NCBI GenBank assembly: GCA_964016885.1
Contig: OZ024744.1
Coordinates: 53,754,001 to 53,818,000, forward strand
From: Eledone cirrhosa
Lineage: Eukaryota
DNA: 64,000 nt
Direction: 5' to 3'
Shown: in pieces, positions 51,471 through 64,000 of the stretch
Position numbering within the stretch: position 1 is the stretch's first letter
How the letters are laid out: each line of letters opens with the position of its first letter
Notes under the pieces: generated by a model
Told to the model about the DNA's origin: nothing
Databases searched by the model: none
Seen by the model: the letters and a program-made list of their open reading frames with translations, nothing else
Position numbers and translations under genes: made by a program

Positions 51471-54400
51471 TATAATGATACAAGCCATACCCTGAGATGT
51501 TAAATGGTTAAGATTTAATCAAGGTAGTGATTAACCTAAGAAAAAGTTTTACATTTATACCCTAATAATGAGAAAATGCGAAAACGTAATAGATTCAATA
51601 GAGAATGTGTGAGTAGGAAAAACGTTGCTTAATGTAACAGTTATAGAGATTTTAAAATGTATGATACTACAATTTATCTGGGAAAACAGTCAATGAGATT
51701 CGCTGGGATAGGATATATAGCGAGGGAAGATAAGTGGTAATATATGTAGAAGGAGATTTTCCGAAAGTTAAACGGTTAAGTTTGAAAATATTTAATTTAT
51801 GCTATTTTAGGGTGAATAATCAAGATTTTAGGGGTTTTTTTTTTTTATTTCTGGTTATTTAGATTTATTAGTTTTGTAAATTCTATAAGTGTTTTAACAT
51901 TTCTAAACTTCGGAATTTTATGAATGTTAAGCGATGCCAGTTAGACTGATTGTTCCATCGAAATCGGATATTGGAGTAATCAGTAAAAACATCATAAATA
52001 GAATATTACCCACTCTTAAATTGAGATCTAATTTGAGCTTATGGAAAGATACAAACGAAGTCATAGAATGGTACACGAATATAGAAGATAAGAAAAACCA
52101 TAAATTCATCTAGATGGACATTTCTAGCTACTATTCTTCCATAACACCAAACCTTCTAAATAAGGCTCTTTCATATGCTTATAAGCATACTGATATAACC
52201 ACTGATGAAATAGATATAATACTAACAGCCAGAAGAACTCTTATTAACTTCAACAACGAATATTGGAACCGCTCAGATAGAGATAGAAACTTTTAGATCA
52301 CTATGGGGGCATCCGATTCCGCGCAAATCACAGATCTTCTGGGAATTTTCATATTAAATATGATAAATAGAAAACTGCCGGAGATTACCCGTGGTTTATA
52401 TAAGGACGACATTTTATTTACCGTGGTCAAAAACAACAATATAGAACTAAATAGAGTAAAGAAAAGTATAATAGAATTCTTTAAAATGTACGACCTTAAG
52501 TTAGAAGTAGAAAATGGTACCAAAATAGTTAATTTCCTAGACGTTACCTTTAACTTAAACTCTGGCTTCTATTACTACCCTTTTTATAAAACCAATGAAA
52601 ACTTAAACTATGTTAGTCACCATTCCAATCACCCTAAATCTGTAAAAAGAAAAGCTATAGTAAATAGTGTGCAAAAACGAATCAATAAAATATCAGCCAA
52701 TAAAGCTATATCCGATGAAAACGCTGAATACTACAACAACGCGTTAAAAAGAGCAGGATATATGAATAATATAGAATACGTAGATAATAATAATACAAGT
52801 ATTAATCTTAATAAAAATAATAACATATATAAGAAAAACTCTAATAATTATAATTCAAACACCCATACGCCAAATAAATCTAGGATAAGAACTAGAACTA
52901 AATCAGTCATATGGTTCCCCCCCCCCCCCGCTTCGGTCGCAGTTAAAACACCAATTGCAAAATTATTCTTTAACGCTTTGGACACCTCTTTCCCTACTCA
53001 ACATAAAAAACCATTCCATTTTTAATAGACATACCATTAAATTCTCATATTCTACAACTATGAACATGGCCCAAAACATTGCCAAATTAAACACTAAAAT
53101 CCTAAAACAAAACCAGCATAATGATCTTAATAATAGAGTTAACATAAATGATACTAAACCAAAATGTAATTGTAAAAATAAAACTGATTGCCCTTTGCAA
53201 AATAATTGTCTAGATAGTAACTTGGTTTATAAATGCACCGTAAAAACTCTTCACAACACATACAACTACATAGGATCGACTTCTACATTTAAAGCCAGAT
53301 TTGCGAACCATAAATGCTCTTTCTCGAACTCCAAGAGGAAATCCTCCAAATCTTTATCACAGCTCATATGATCATTAAAAGAGAGGAATTTAAAATACTC
53401 CATTCTTTGGATTAAACTTCGGAACTGTGGATTTTAGCGCAACTCCAGTATATCAAATAACTATGAGACCCTAATTAACAAAAAAAGTGAATTATTCTCT
53501 AGTTGCCTCCATCAAGCTACGTCCACATTTTTAGCCTCCCACAAAACGAGAAAAAAAGAGAGAGAAGTACTTAACCATTAAAAACTTGGTTGTCAGACGT
53601 ATATAACCAACAGGGAAAAACATTAATGGCCTTTAATATTGCATTATCTTATAACTATCTATAGAAGAAATAACGCTCGAATGAAAGACACTTGTTCAAT
53701 AACATGCCGGAATATTGATATACATAACATAATATTATTATTATTAACTTTGATCCATACCATTATTTCTTTATTTCTCAACTATCTTTTACTTCCTATC
53801 TAAGTTTTAAATTTTAGTTTAATATCCAACCCATACATTTTTATGGAACTTATTTTTACTGAATCTTTCATGTGGTTTTGATTAGTATTTATTTTGAACT
53901 ATAATAATTAATGTATTTATACCCTGTTATATATAGGTATATATTTAACTTTAGCATGCCTCAATCTATTATATTTTTTCGTTATCATTTACCTAAAATA
54001 TACTGGCTCATTAATAAATATCTATATACATAATCGTTATTTCTAACAATAAGTACTTCATAAGATTTACATACTATATATGTTGACAATGATTATCTTC
54101 GGTAAAGTTTACATTTAGGAAAATATTCAACAGTGTAAACTTTCCTTGCTTTTCTTATATATATATATGTATTTAACTATAACACGTTCGAACTATATTA
54201 TATAAAATTATAACCGTTATCATTTACCTAAAGTATACTGTATCAATAATACCTAATTTATATCAATAATACCTAATTTATATCCACATAAACCTCCATA
54301 TATCTTTCTATACATAATTTTTAGTTAACTTCTAAATTTATTGAGTATCATTTATTTCGAACCATGTATTTACACCCTGTTATATATATAGGTATATATT

Positions 54401-54472
54401 TAACTTTAGCATGCTTCAATCTATTATTTTATTTTTATTTTCGTTATCATTTACCTAAAATATACTGGCTCA

Positions 54473-54529
<57 letters not shown>

Positions 54530-55136
54530 GTTATTTAAATATTTCTAACAATAAGTACTTCATAAGATTTACATACCATATATGTTAACAATGATTATCT
54601 TCGGTAAATTTTACATTTAGGAAAATATTCGACAGTGTAAACTTTCCTTTCCGCTGACCAGCTAAATCCTTTAAATGTTATCCTCATAAAATTCCGAAGT
54701 TTAGAAATGTTAAAACACTTATAGAATTTACAAAACTAATAAATATAAATAACCAGCAATTTAAAAAAAAACCCTAAAATCTTGATTCTTCACCCTAAAA
54801 TAGCATAAATTAAATATTTTCAAACTTAACCGTTTAGCTTTCGGAAAATCTCCTTCTACATATATTACCACTTATCTTCCCTCTCTCTATATATCCTATC
54901 CCAGCGGCTCTCATTAACTGTTTTCCCAGATAAATTGTAGTATCATACGTTTTAAAATCTCTATAACTGTTACATTAAGCAACGTTTTTCTTACTCACAC
55001 ATTCTCTATTGAATTTATTATGTTTTCGCATTTTCTCATTATTAGGGTATAAATGTTAAACATTTTCTTAGGTTAATCACTACCTTGATTAAATCTTAAC
55101 CATTTAACATCTCAGGGTATGGCTTGTATCATTATA

Positions 55137-55187
55137 TTTTCTCTGATGAGGACGTACTGTTGTACATTCGAAATAAGTATAATAAAA
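55137..55187 (+). ncRNA. Type I hammerhead ribozyme at PLE 3' end (sense)
   Basis: ttttct CTGATGA ggacgtactgttgtacattc GAAA taagta TA ataaaa. Confidence 0.68.
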
Positions 55188-55400
55188 TGTAATTGATCAA
55201 AAGAACATCTATTTTATTAATATTTGTATTTTAATATTAATAACTCTGGAAAATTATTCTCGTAGAGTGCTTCCAATCTATTGTAAAACTCATTCTTTGA
55301 TATACTCATTGAATCTTGTTTAACTCTTTAATATATATATATAATAAAGTGTTAAACAAGATTCAATGAGTATACAAGATTCAATGAGTATATCTAAGAA

Positions 55401-56288
55401 TGAAGTTGTCCCAAATTGAAGGTTGAGTACTTTAGACTTTGTTTTATCATGAGTTATGGCTCTATAGATTTTTCCCTGGATTTCTCTAAATTCTGTTGGA
55501 TAAATCTATATCCTGATTCCTTTTGAATTGAGTCTGAATTATTTTTCCCATATCTTATGTTAACTATTTTCCCATTTTGACGCTATAGTCACATATATAT
55601 GTTATGGAATACTGTTAGCTTCTCGCTACAACAATTTCTATACTTTTCATTTATATATATATATATTCGGATTTATTTCCTGGAGTGCTTAAATTATTTG
55701 TGACTAATCCCGGTATTTAAAAAAAAAAGAGACCGCGATGATATTGCTTTTTGCTGAACTCCTTTTGTAAAGTTTTCTTTCGGAATGTTTTTGACTGTTG
55801 TTTCATGTAAACAAACATTTGTCTCATTCTGACGTCACCAGCCTTGTTTTTCCAAATGTGCGTTTATTTTAATAATCACGCATGATGTTTAAACTAGCCT
55901 GCTTTTAAATTCCCTTTTTGGCATATTACCAGTAAGACCTTGGTTACCATGTTGAGCTCTGCTGATGAACGAAATCCAACCGTGACCATCCCCACTGAAA
56001 GTTTTCCTGAAATAGTCTTTTCAAGACTATACAGAGCATTTGAAGTTGTCCCAAATTGAAGGTTGAGTACTTTAGACGTTGTTTTATCATGAGTTAAGGC
56101 TCTATTGATTTTTCCCTGGATTTCTCTAAATTCTGTTGGATAAATCTATATCCTGATTCCTTTTGAATTGAGTCTGAATTATTTTTCTCATATCTTATGT
56201 TAACTATTTTCCCATTTTTACGCTATAGTCACATATATATGTTATGGAATACTGTTAGCTTTTCGCTACAACAATTTCTATACTTTTC

Positions 56289-56300
<12 letters not shown>
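55401..56300 (+). mobile_element. Non-coding unit with about 260-bp direct repeats (pLTR-like)
   Basis: 55401-55665 repeated at 56041-56300, each ending in (AT)n. Confidence 0.8.
55956..56037 (+). ncRNA. Type I hammerhead ribozyme with full stem III
   Basis: gctctg CTGATGA acgaaa..tttcct GAAA tagtctt ttc aagacta TA cagagc. Confidence 0.8.
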
Positions 56301-56356
<56 letters not shown>

Positions 56357-56361
<5 letters not shown>

Positions 56362-56591
56362 GAACATAAACCAAAGAAGCCTTCAATACATCAAAAGTCT
56401 TTATTAGCCAACAATGTTTCGTCCTATTGAGGACTCATCAAGGCAATTAAAGCTATAAGAAGCACTATCGGCCAATACAAGCCAAAAACTCAGAAGAATA
56501 TGGAGTGTACATACATGAGCTATACCTTTACTGTCATTTCTATAATACGAAGAGGGTGTTTAACTCCAACACACTTTAGTATTTTAATTCT

Positions 56592-56592
<1 letters not shown>
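56357..56592 (-). mobile_element. Miniature derivative of the 43081-49860 PLE terminus; hammerhead (C3U) at 56407-56444
   Basis: 56357-56514 matches 43081-43237; 56516-56592 matches 49782-49860; minus: gcc TTGATGA gtcct caat aggac GAAAC att GTT ggc. Confidence 0.85.
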
Positions 56593-56615
<23 letters not shown>

Positions 56616-56624
<9 letters not shown>

Positions 56625-56733
56625 TGAGATTCTACAGGACTAGAACTGTTTCATTCTTTAGAAATCATCAGGAATTCCTGATGATTTCTAAAGAATGAAA
56701 CAGTTCTAGTCCTGTAGAATCTCATCTATATTA
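56616..56733. repeat. Perfect 118-bp palindrome with a hammerhead core on each strand
   Basis: Centre ggaattcc 56671-56678; CTGATGA t ttct aa agaa t GAAAC.. from 56678. Confidence 0.95.
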
Positions 56734-56804
56734 AAACTTTTATACTCTGCAATGTATTGAGTACCTTACTTACTGTGGTTACCTCCGATTCAACCCGGAA
56801 TAAC

Positions 56805-56885
<81 letters not shown>

Positions 56886-57154
56886 TGTAATAAACAACAT
56901 GAGATAATTATTTCATTTACCAGTGGTTTCTTGAAAGAAAACAAATCTGTTTCAGTCGTCAGAATGAAAAAATCCTGGTGTTTTTATTGGCTGTGGATTT
57001 GAAAACAAAAATATAAGAAATATGAAAGTGTGGCTGAGGGAAGGAGAAAAAAAAGATTATAAATATATAAGTATATAAACACACACACACACATATACAT
57101 ATATATATATATAAATATAAATATACATACACATACATACACAAACACACACAA

Positions 57155-57203
<49 letters not shown>

Positions 57204-57490
57204 CATACACACACACACATAATTATATAAATAAGTAAAAATAAATAAACAAACATATACACGCTCGACCATGCGCATATACTAAAATAAGCAGTCACAT
57301 CAACTGGCAAAGATAAATCCATATACATGAAATCAAAATAATAAATAAATAAAAGTAAAAAATAAAGTCAAATATAAAAATAAAAAAAATAAAAAATCAG
57401 CAAGTTGACAGCGATACGAAAGAGGAAAAAAACAAATAAAAATAAATAAACAAACACACGGGTAAGCAAATGCACAAATAATATATATAT

Positions 57491-57612
57491 AGGCGTGTGG
57501 CTGAGTGGTTAGAGAATTGAATTCGCAATCGTAAGGTTGTGAGTTCGATTCGATTCCTGGACCAGGCGATGCGTTATGTCCATGAGCAAGACACTTTGTT
57601 TCACGTTGCTCC
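57491..57612 (+). mobile_element. tRNA-derived SINE 5' part, family B
   Basis: tggctgagtggttag (A box), gagttcgattc (B box), then tccatgagcaagacactt. Confidence 0.7.
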
Positions 57613-57835
57613 TTCTACCTGGAGTTGCGACCGATAGATAGTATTAGCAATTGGAAAGACCAACGGAAACATTGTTCCCTCGGTCCGATTTGACGAAAGT
57701 CGATCGTAAAAAAAAAAATATATATATATATATAGGTAATGAAGTTTCCGTTGGAATTGATAAAGTCATAGGAGTGAAGAGTGCTCTATGTAAGTACCAG
57801 AGCAAAATTTAATGTATAATAAACAATACAATATA

Positions 57836-57913
57836 ATTACTTCATTACCACAGGTTTCCCGAATAAGACGAATACGAAAGAAACGTCCTCATACGTTCGT
57901 CGGACAAGGTAAT
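57836..57913 (-). ncRNA. Hammerhead fold, U4C variant (left arm)
   Basis: Mirror of 61004-61081 with a few substitutions. Confidence 0.6.
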
Positions 57914-59188
57914 ATAAAACATAGGGAAATATTTGGAAAGTCTCCTCAAGAAATATAAAAATATATATATATATATATAAATAAGGGTAATGCAATAGAC
58001 ATAAAATATATAAAAAAATATAAGGAAATATAGTTAGGTGTGTGTATATGTATGTATATACACTCACAAATGTACATATGTATGTATGTACAAATGCGTG
58101 TGTATGGTGAAAATGCGTGTGTAAGTACATATATGAGGGCAAGTATATTTGTGTATATGTAACCACAAATACGGATATAATCTAGTTGACACGAAATCCA
58201 GACGCAGGTATTAGATACTTATATGCGGAAGATAAAGGGAGAAGGGAGTGTAATAGTTAAAAGAAAGTGTTATTCTCGATATATGCATAAAAATTAAACA
58301 ATATGTGAGAAAGAAAAAAAGAAAGAGAAAGTAGTCGATTAACGCTAGAGAAAAGAAAAGAGAAGAAAAGAAGGTACACGCGTACATACACATATATCTA
58401 TAAAAGCATATATCTATAAGAAAAAAAATATACATATACACGCAATACGTACAGACAAAAGGTATGCATGCGTACATACTTACACAGGATGCACGTATAC
58501 ATATACATACATATCATCCCATGTATATCTAATCACACGTACGTACGCGACTGTATACACACATGTATATATATATATATACATATATATACACACACGC
58601 ACACATACACATCCATACATACAATACAATAAATATATATATACACACATACACACAAACATATTCACGTACATTGACCCGCTTCCACGCACACATAAAA
58701 ATAAGAATGTAAGAAACATAGATATAAAAACACACATACATACACATATATATACACGCACTCACACGCGCATACGGAGGCGTTCGTGTACATATACAGG
58801 ACGTATACACACATAACGACGTTCAGACACATAGATTCAGGGTGTAACCTTATGAATAATTGAGTACAAATATAAAAATTTAAAAAATGGCTGCGAAATA
58901 ACAGAAAATATCTGGAGTGGAAAACGCAAGTGACTTGTGTAATCAGGTAGTAAAGATAATAGGGAAGTAAAAAGTGGAAAGTGAAGATATTAGGTAAGTG
59001 AATCGAAGGATAAGGGGGGGGGGTACTGGTGGATGTGAAGTAAAAAAAAAAAAAAAATAAATAAAATAAAAAAAAAATAAAAATAAAAATATAAATAAAG
59101 ATAAAAAAAAATAAAAAATAAAAAAAAAATAAAAATAAAAAAAAATAAAAATAAAAATAAAAAATAAAAAATAAAAAAAAATAATAAA

Positions 59189-59219
<31 letters not shown>

Positions 59220-60325
59220 TAAAAATAAAAATAAAAATAAAAATAAAAATAAAAATAAAAATAAAAATAAAAATAAAAATAAAAATAAAAATAAAAATAA
59301 AAATAAAATTAAAATAAATAATAAGATTAAAAATGATTTTACAAAGAGGATTTTATAAAACCTTAAATCACCAAAAAACCTGCCTAAATACAAAGACAGA
59401 AATCTTTACCAGTTGCCCACACATGAAATCACACTTGCTTTCCAGCTCATATAAACTTAACACACTTTCAGATACTTATCCTCTATAAGCTCTAATTCTT
59501 CACTTAATTTATTCTCTTTAAAGACTACTCTTTCTGATTTACTTTCAGTTTTAACCTTATTATTAATTTTATTTTTATTTTTATTTTTATATTTATTTTA
59601 ATTTTAATTTTAATTTTAATTTTAATTTTAATTTTTATTTATTATTATTTTTATTTTTATTTTTATTTTTATTTTTATTTTTATTTTTATTTTTATTTTT
59701 ATTTTTATTTTTATTTTTATTTTTATTTTTATTTTTATTTTTATTTTTATTTTTATTTATTTTATTTTTTTATTTTATTTATTTTTTTATTTTATTTTTA
59801 TTTTTTTATTTTTTTTTATTTTTTTTTATTTTTTTTTTATTTTTTTTATTTTTTTTTTATTATTTTTTTTTTTTTTACTTCACATCCACCAGTAGCCCCC
59901 TTTATCCTTGGATTCACTTACCTAATATCTTCACTTTCCACTTTTTACTTCCGTATTATCCTGATTACACAAGTCACTTGCGTTTTCCACTTCAGATATT
60001 TTCTGTTATTTCGCAGCCATTTTTTAAATCTTTATATTTGTACTCAATTATTCATAAGGTTACACCCTGAATCTATGTGTCTGAACGTCGTTATGTGTGT
60101 ATACGTCCTGTATATGTACACGAACGCCTCCGTATGCGCGTGTGAGTGCGTGTATATATATGTGTATGTATGTGTGTTTTTATATCTATGTTTCTTACAT
60201 TCTTATTTTTATGTGTGTGCGTGTAAGCGGGTCAATGTACGTGAATATGTTTGTGTGTATGTGTGTATATATATATATATTTATTGTATTGTATGTATGG
60301 ATGTGTATGTGTGCATGTGTGTATA

Positions 60326-60364
<39 letters not shown>

Positions 60365-61003
60365 ATACAGTCGCGTACGTACGTGTGATTAGATATACAT
60401 GGGATGATATGTATGCATATGTATACGTGCATCCTGTGTAAGTATGTACGCATGCATACGCTTTTGTCTGTACGTATTGCGTGTATATATATATATATTT
60501 TCTTATAGATATATGTTTTTATAGATATATGTGTATGTATGCGTGTACTTCTTTTCTTCTCTTTTCTTTTCTCTAGCGTTAATCGACTACTTTCTCTTTC
60601 TTTTTTTCTTTCTCACATATTGTTTAATTTTTATACATATATCGAGAATGACACTTTCTTTTAACTATTACACTCCCTTCCCCCTTTATCTTCTGCATAT
60701 AAGTATCTAATACCTGCGTCTGGATTTCGTGTCAACTAGATTATATCCGTATTTGTGGTTACATATACACAAATATACTTGCCCTCATATATGTACTTAC
60801 GCACACATTTTCACCATACACACGCATTTGTACATACATATATATGTACATTTGTGAGTGTATATACATACATATACACACACCTAACTATATTTCCTTA
60901 TATTTTTTCATATATTTTATATGTCTATTGCATTACCCTTATTTATATATATATATTTTTTTATATTTCGTGAGGAGACTTTCCAAATATTTCACTGTTT
61001 TAT

Positions 61004-61081
61004 ATTACCTTGTCCGACGAACGAATGAGGACGTTTCTTTCGTATTCGTCTTATTCGGGAAACCTCTGGTAATGCGGTAAT
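61004..61081 (+). ncRNA. Hammerhead fold, U4C variant
   Basis: attaccttgt CCGACGA a cgaatgag..cttattcg g GAAA cc tct gg TA atgcggtaat. Confidence 0.68.
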
Positions 61082-61105
61082 TATATTGTATTGTTTATTA
61101 TACAT

Positions 61106-61255
<150 letters not shown>

Positions 61256-61469
61256 TATATTTGTATGTATATATATATACACATATACATATATACACAT
61301 ACATATACATAGAAATATACACACGCATATATACAGTAAAAACATATACACAATTAAGTATATACATACAAACATATATACATATACATATATATATATA
61401 TACATATATATAAATATATATATATACATATATATATATACACACACACATACATATACACAGAAATAT

Positions 61470-61870
61470 ATATCTATATATAAAAAAGAGGTGGGGGTGT
61501 AAAGGGTAAGATAGAAAGTAGGGGAGAATATAAGTCAACAGAATTATAAATAACATAGGAATAAAATATAAATATAAGAGATGAGGAAGAAAAAGAAATT
61601 ATGTCTAAAGAAAGTGACTTCAGAGAGTAATAATAATCGTAGTGGACGTAAGGCGTAATGAGTAAAGAAAAAGTTCAAGGTGGTTGAGTCATCGTAGGAA
61701 TGTCAATCCAGTTACAAAGTAGATGTGATTTCAGGTGAGGACAACATCTCCTCTTATTTATATTCTTTTCCTATGTTATTTATAATTCTATTGACTTATA
61801 TTCGCACCTACTTTCTACCTTATCCTTTACACACCCACCTCTTTTGTATATATAGATATATATTTCTGTG
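61470..61870. repeat. Diverged inverted repeat
   Basis: 61470-61583 vs 61745-61870. Confidence 0.7.
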
Positions 61871-61925
61871 TGTATGTATATATATATATATATGTATGTA
61901 TGTATATATATATATATGTATGTAT

Positions 61926-62120
61926 GTCAGGTCACCAGTTGGTGCTACTGGTAACATGTATCCCAGTACATCCTGTCTCATGGTCGGGTCGTTGGCGATT
62001 AGACTGGCAACCCCACCAAGGTTTCTTGGTGAGGAGGGTGACTTTGGACATCCTGCAGGACTAAAAACAAAACCTGTCAAAGGGCAATGGAGCTCTTAAG
62101 AGAAAATGGCCATCCAAAAT
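61926..62120 (+). repeat. Interspersed repeat shared with 15969-16155
   Basis: Alignment by eye. Confidence 0.7.
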
Positions 62121-62531
62121 CACTGGGAGAGATGACCCATTAGCCTTTGGGAAGGCAGAATTCTAGGAGAAGAAAAACTCTGATATAACAACTGCAACTC
62201 TGATGGTATCCAATGACGTTGACTTGTTCTTCTATTTGGTAAATATCATTTTGGTTAAGAGAGTGGGACTGGCTTTGTGCAGTGCTTTTGCTCACTATAA
62301 AAGCTTCACAACACAGGCATTGCTTTATATCTGGAGATCTCTCTGCACTTGTCGTCACATGGTACCATGGGCCCAGCACTATGTGTCAATAATTGTCACA
62401 AGTGTAGTGTTTGTACCAGAGTTTTCAAGTCGCTGGCTGGACTAAAAAGTCACATTCGTTCAGCACATCGGTAGGGGTTCTCCTACATGGATATAAAGTA
62501 GTGGGCGTACTCGAAAACGAGTTGGCAGCCA

Positions 62532-62612
<81 letters not shown>

Positions 62613-62654
62613 ATGATATTAAATAAATGCAAACTATATTTATAAAACGATATT

Positions 62655-62719
62655 TATTTTATTATATATATTTCAAGGGCAACCAAGCCAACCTTGGTGC
62701 GCTTTCATCAGATAAAATA
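62655..62719 (-). ncRNA. Type I hammerhead ribozyme
   Basis: Minus: tattttat CTGATGA aag c gca ccaag gttgg cttgg t tgc c ctt GAAA tatata TA ataaaata. Confidence 0.78.
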
Positions 62720-64000
62720 CAAAGTTTGTTTTATAAATAAAGACGTACCCATGAAGATTCAATCTTATCGGTCGGAAATTCGCTGGACAGTGGAAACATA
62801 TTAGGCAATATTCAAAGTTATGTATGAATATGCAAAAGAATGTGTAAATAATTGAAAAAAAAACGTTTATTTAAATGAGAGGGAAGAAAGAGAGAGAGGA
62901 AAAAATATTAATATTGTGAGATTGAAAGAGAGATGTAATTTACAAGAGGATGAATAGAACTCATGTAGCGTAAATAAGTTTTAAGTTTATATCTACTAAT
63001 GGTACGTATATTTACTATTATTAAGTTGTTAGAAGTCATTTCTAATATAATATAATATAATATAATATTTACTATTATAAGTAGATCGAAAAAATAGATA
63101 TATAAAAAATATATATAAAAATTATGTTGTAAAACAAGTTGAAAAATAAAAAGATAGAAATATAGAAGATAGATATATAGAATATATAGAATAAATAGAT
63201 AGATAGAAAAATAGATACATGAATGGATAGATGGGCATATCTTGTTATATATAATTGTTTTAATGAGTTATTGGTTATAAATCTAATTTTAAAAAAATTG
63301 TTTTCCTTAAAAAATATGTAAAAATATTAAAAATTCTGGAAAATTATCGGAAAATACTTTTAAAATACTTCAAAATCATTTTAAAAAAATTTTTTAAATA
63401 TTAAAAAAAATAATTTAAAAATACTTTTAAAATATTTTGAAAATATTTAAAAAACATTTTAAAAATATTTAAAAATCCTTTAAAAAATCTTTAAAAAGAT
63501 TTTTTTAAATTAAAAAAAAATTAAAAAAACCTTAAAAGTTATTAAAAAATATTATATACGAGATAAGTAGACTTTTTAAAACAATAAGTAATTTTTTAAA
63601 ATAAGTAATTTTTAAAAATAAGTAATTTTTAAATATATGAAATATTTTGGAAGTAGAAAATAATAAATAATGAAAATGAAAGATTTAAGAAGTAAAAAAA
63701 TAAAAATAAAAAATAAAGAATTAAAATCTTTTAAAAATATTAAAATTAAAGTTAAAATTGAAATTTAAAAATTTTAGTATCCTATATGTATATAATTTAA
63801 GAAATTTTAATAAGTGAAGTTATAAGAAGTGAAAATTTAGCAAACAATATATGGAAATAAGTAGAAATATTATAAGTGTAATTATAATTTATATATAGTT
63901 CTAAATGTTGAATTTGGGCGATGTTTACAAGAACTCAATAAATTCGTACGTATATTAATTGAGTCCTTACATTTAAGAATGAAGAAAATTTCCTCAAAAC

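Larger units (their letters stand above)
51370..55237 (+). mobile_element. 5'-truncated Penelope-like element with about 550-bp inverted terminal duplication
   Basis: RT/EN relic 51930-53580 (RLIVPSKSDIG, MGASDSA, LYKDD, NFLDV, CNC..CPL, YIGST); 51370-51923 inverted at 54684-55237; internal duplication about 53910-54145 / 54364-54650. Confidence 0.92.

Noticed and set aside
53369-53371. In-frame TGA as selenocysteine in the PLE ORF
   Set aside because: Aligns to Trp (YIW in the sister element), not Cys, and the stop in the other PLE is TAG; ordinary nonsense decay.
63000-64000. Very AT-rich quasi-periodic tail
   Set aside because: Low complexity, possibly low-quality sequence; no definable unit or ORF.

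Overview
AT-rich eukaryotic non-genic DNA made almost entirely of nested transposable elements and microsatellites. The SINE and repeat content suggests a cephalopod or other mollusc (inference). No host gene is supported. Contents: three RTE LINEs, Tx1/L1-clade copies (one near full length), two R4/Dong-type fragments, two CRE-type fragments, three Penelope-like (PLE, probably Naiad-type) RT+GIY-YIG relics, a Buster-type hAT with perfect TIRs and TSD that carries a nested 9-bp-TSD element, Helitron/HINE-like tandem units and about 10 tRNA-derived SINEs. The main signal not shown by the ORF track is more than 20 type I hammerhead ribozyme (HHR) folds from about a dozen sequence families, folded by eye. 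Most lie next to (AT)n tracts, inside palindromic, foldback or direct-repeat non-coding units, or at PLE 3' ends. Several families carry core changes at position 4 (CAGAAGA in six copies; CCGA(A/C)GA in three families). Ribozyme activity is untested and most element boundaries are approximate.
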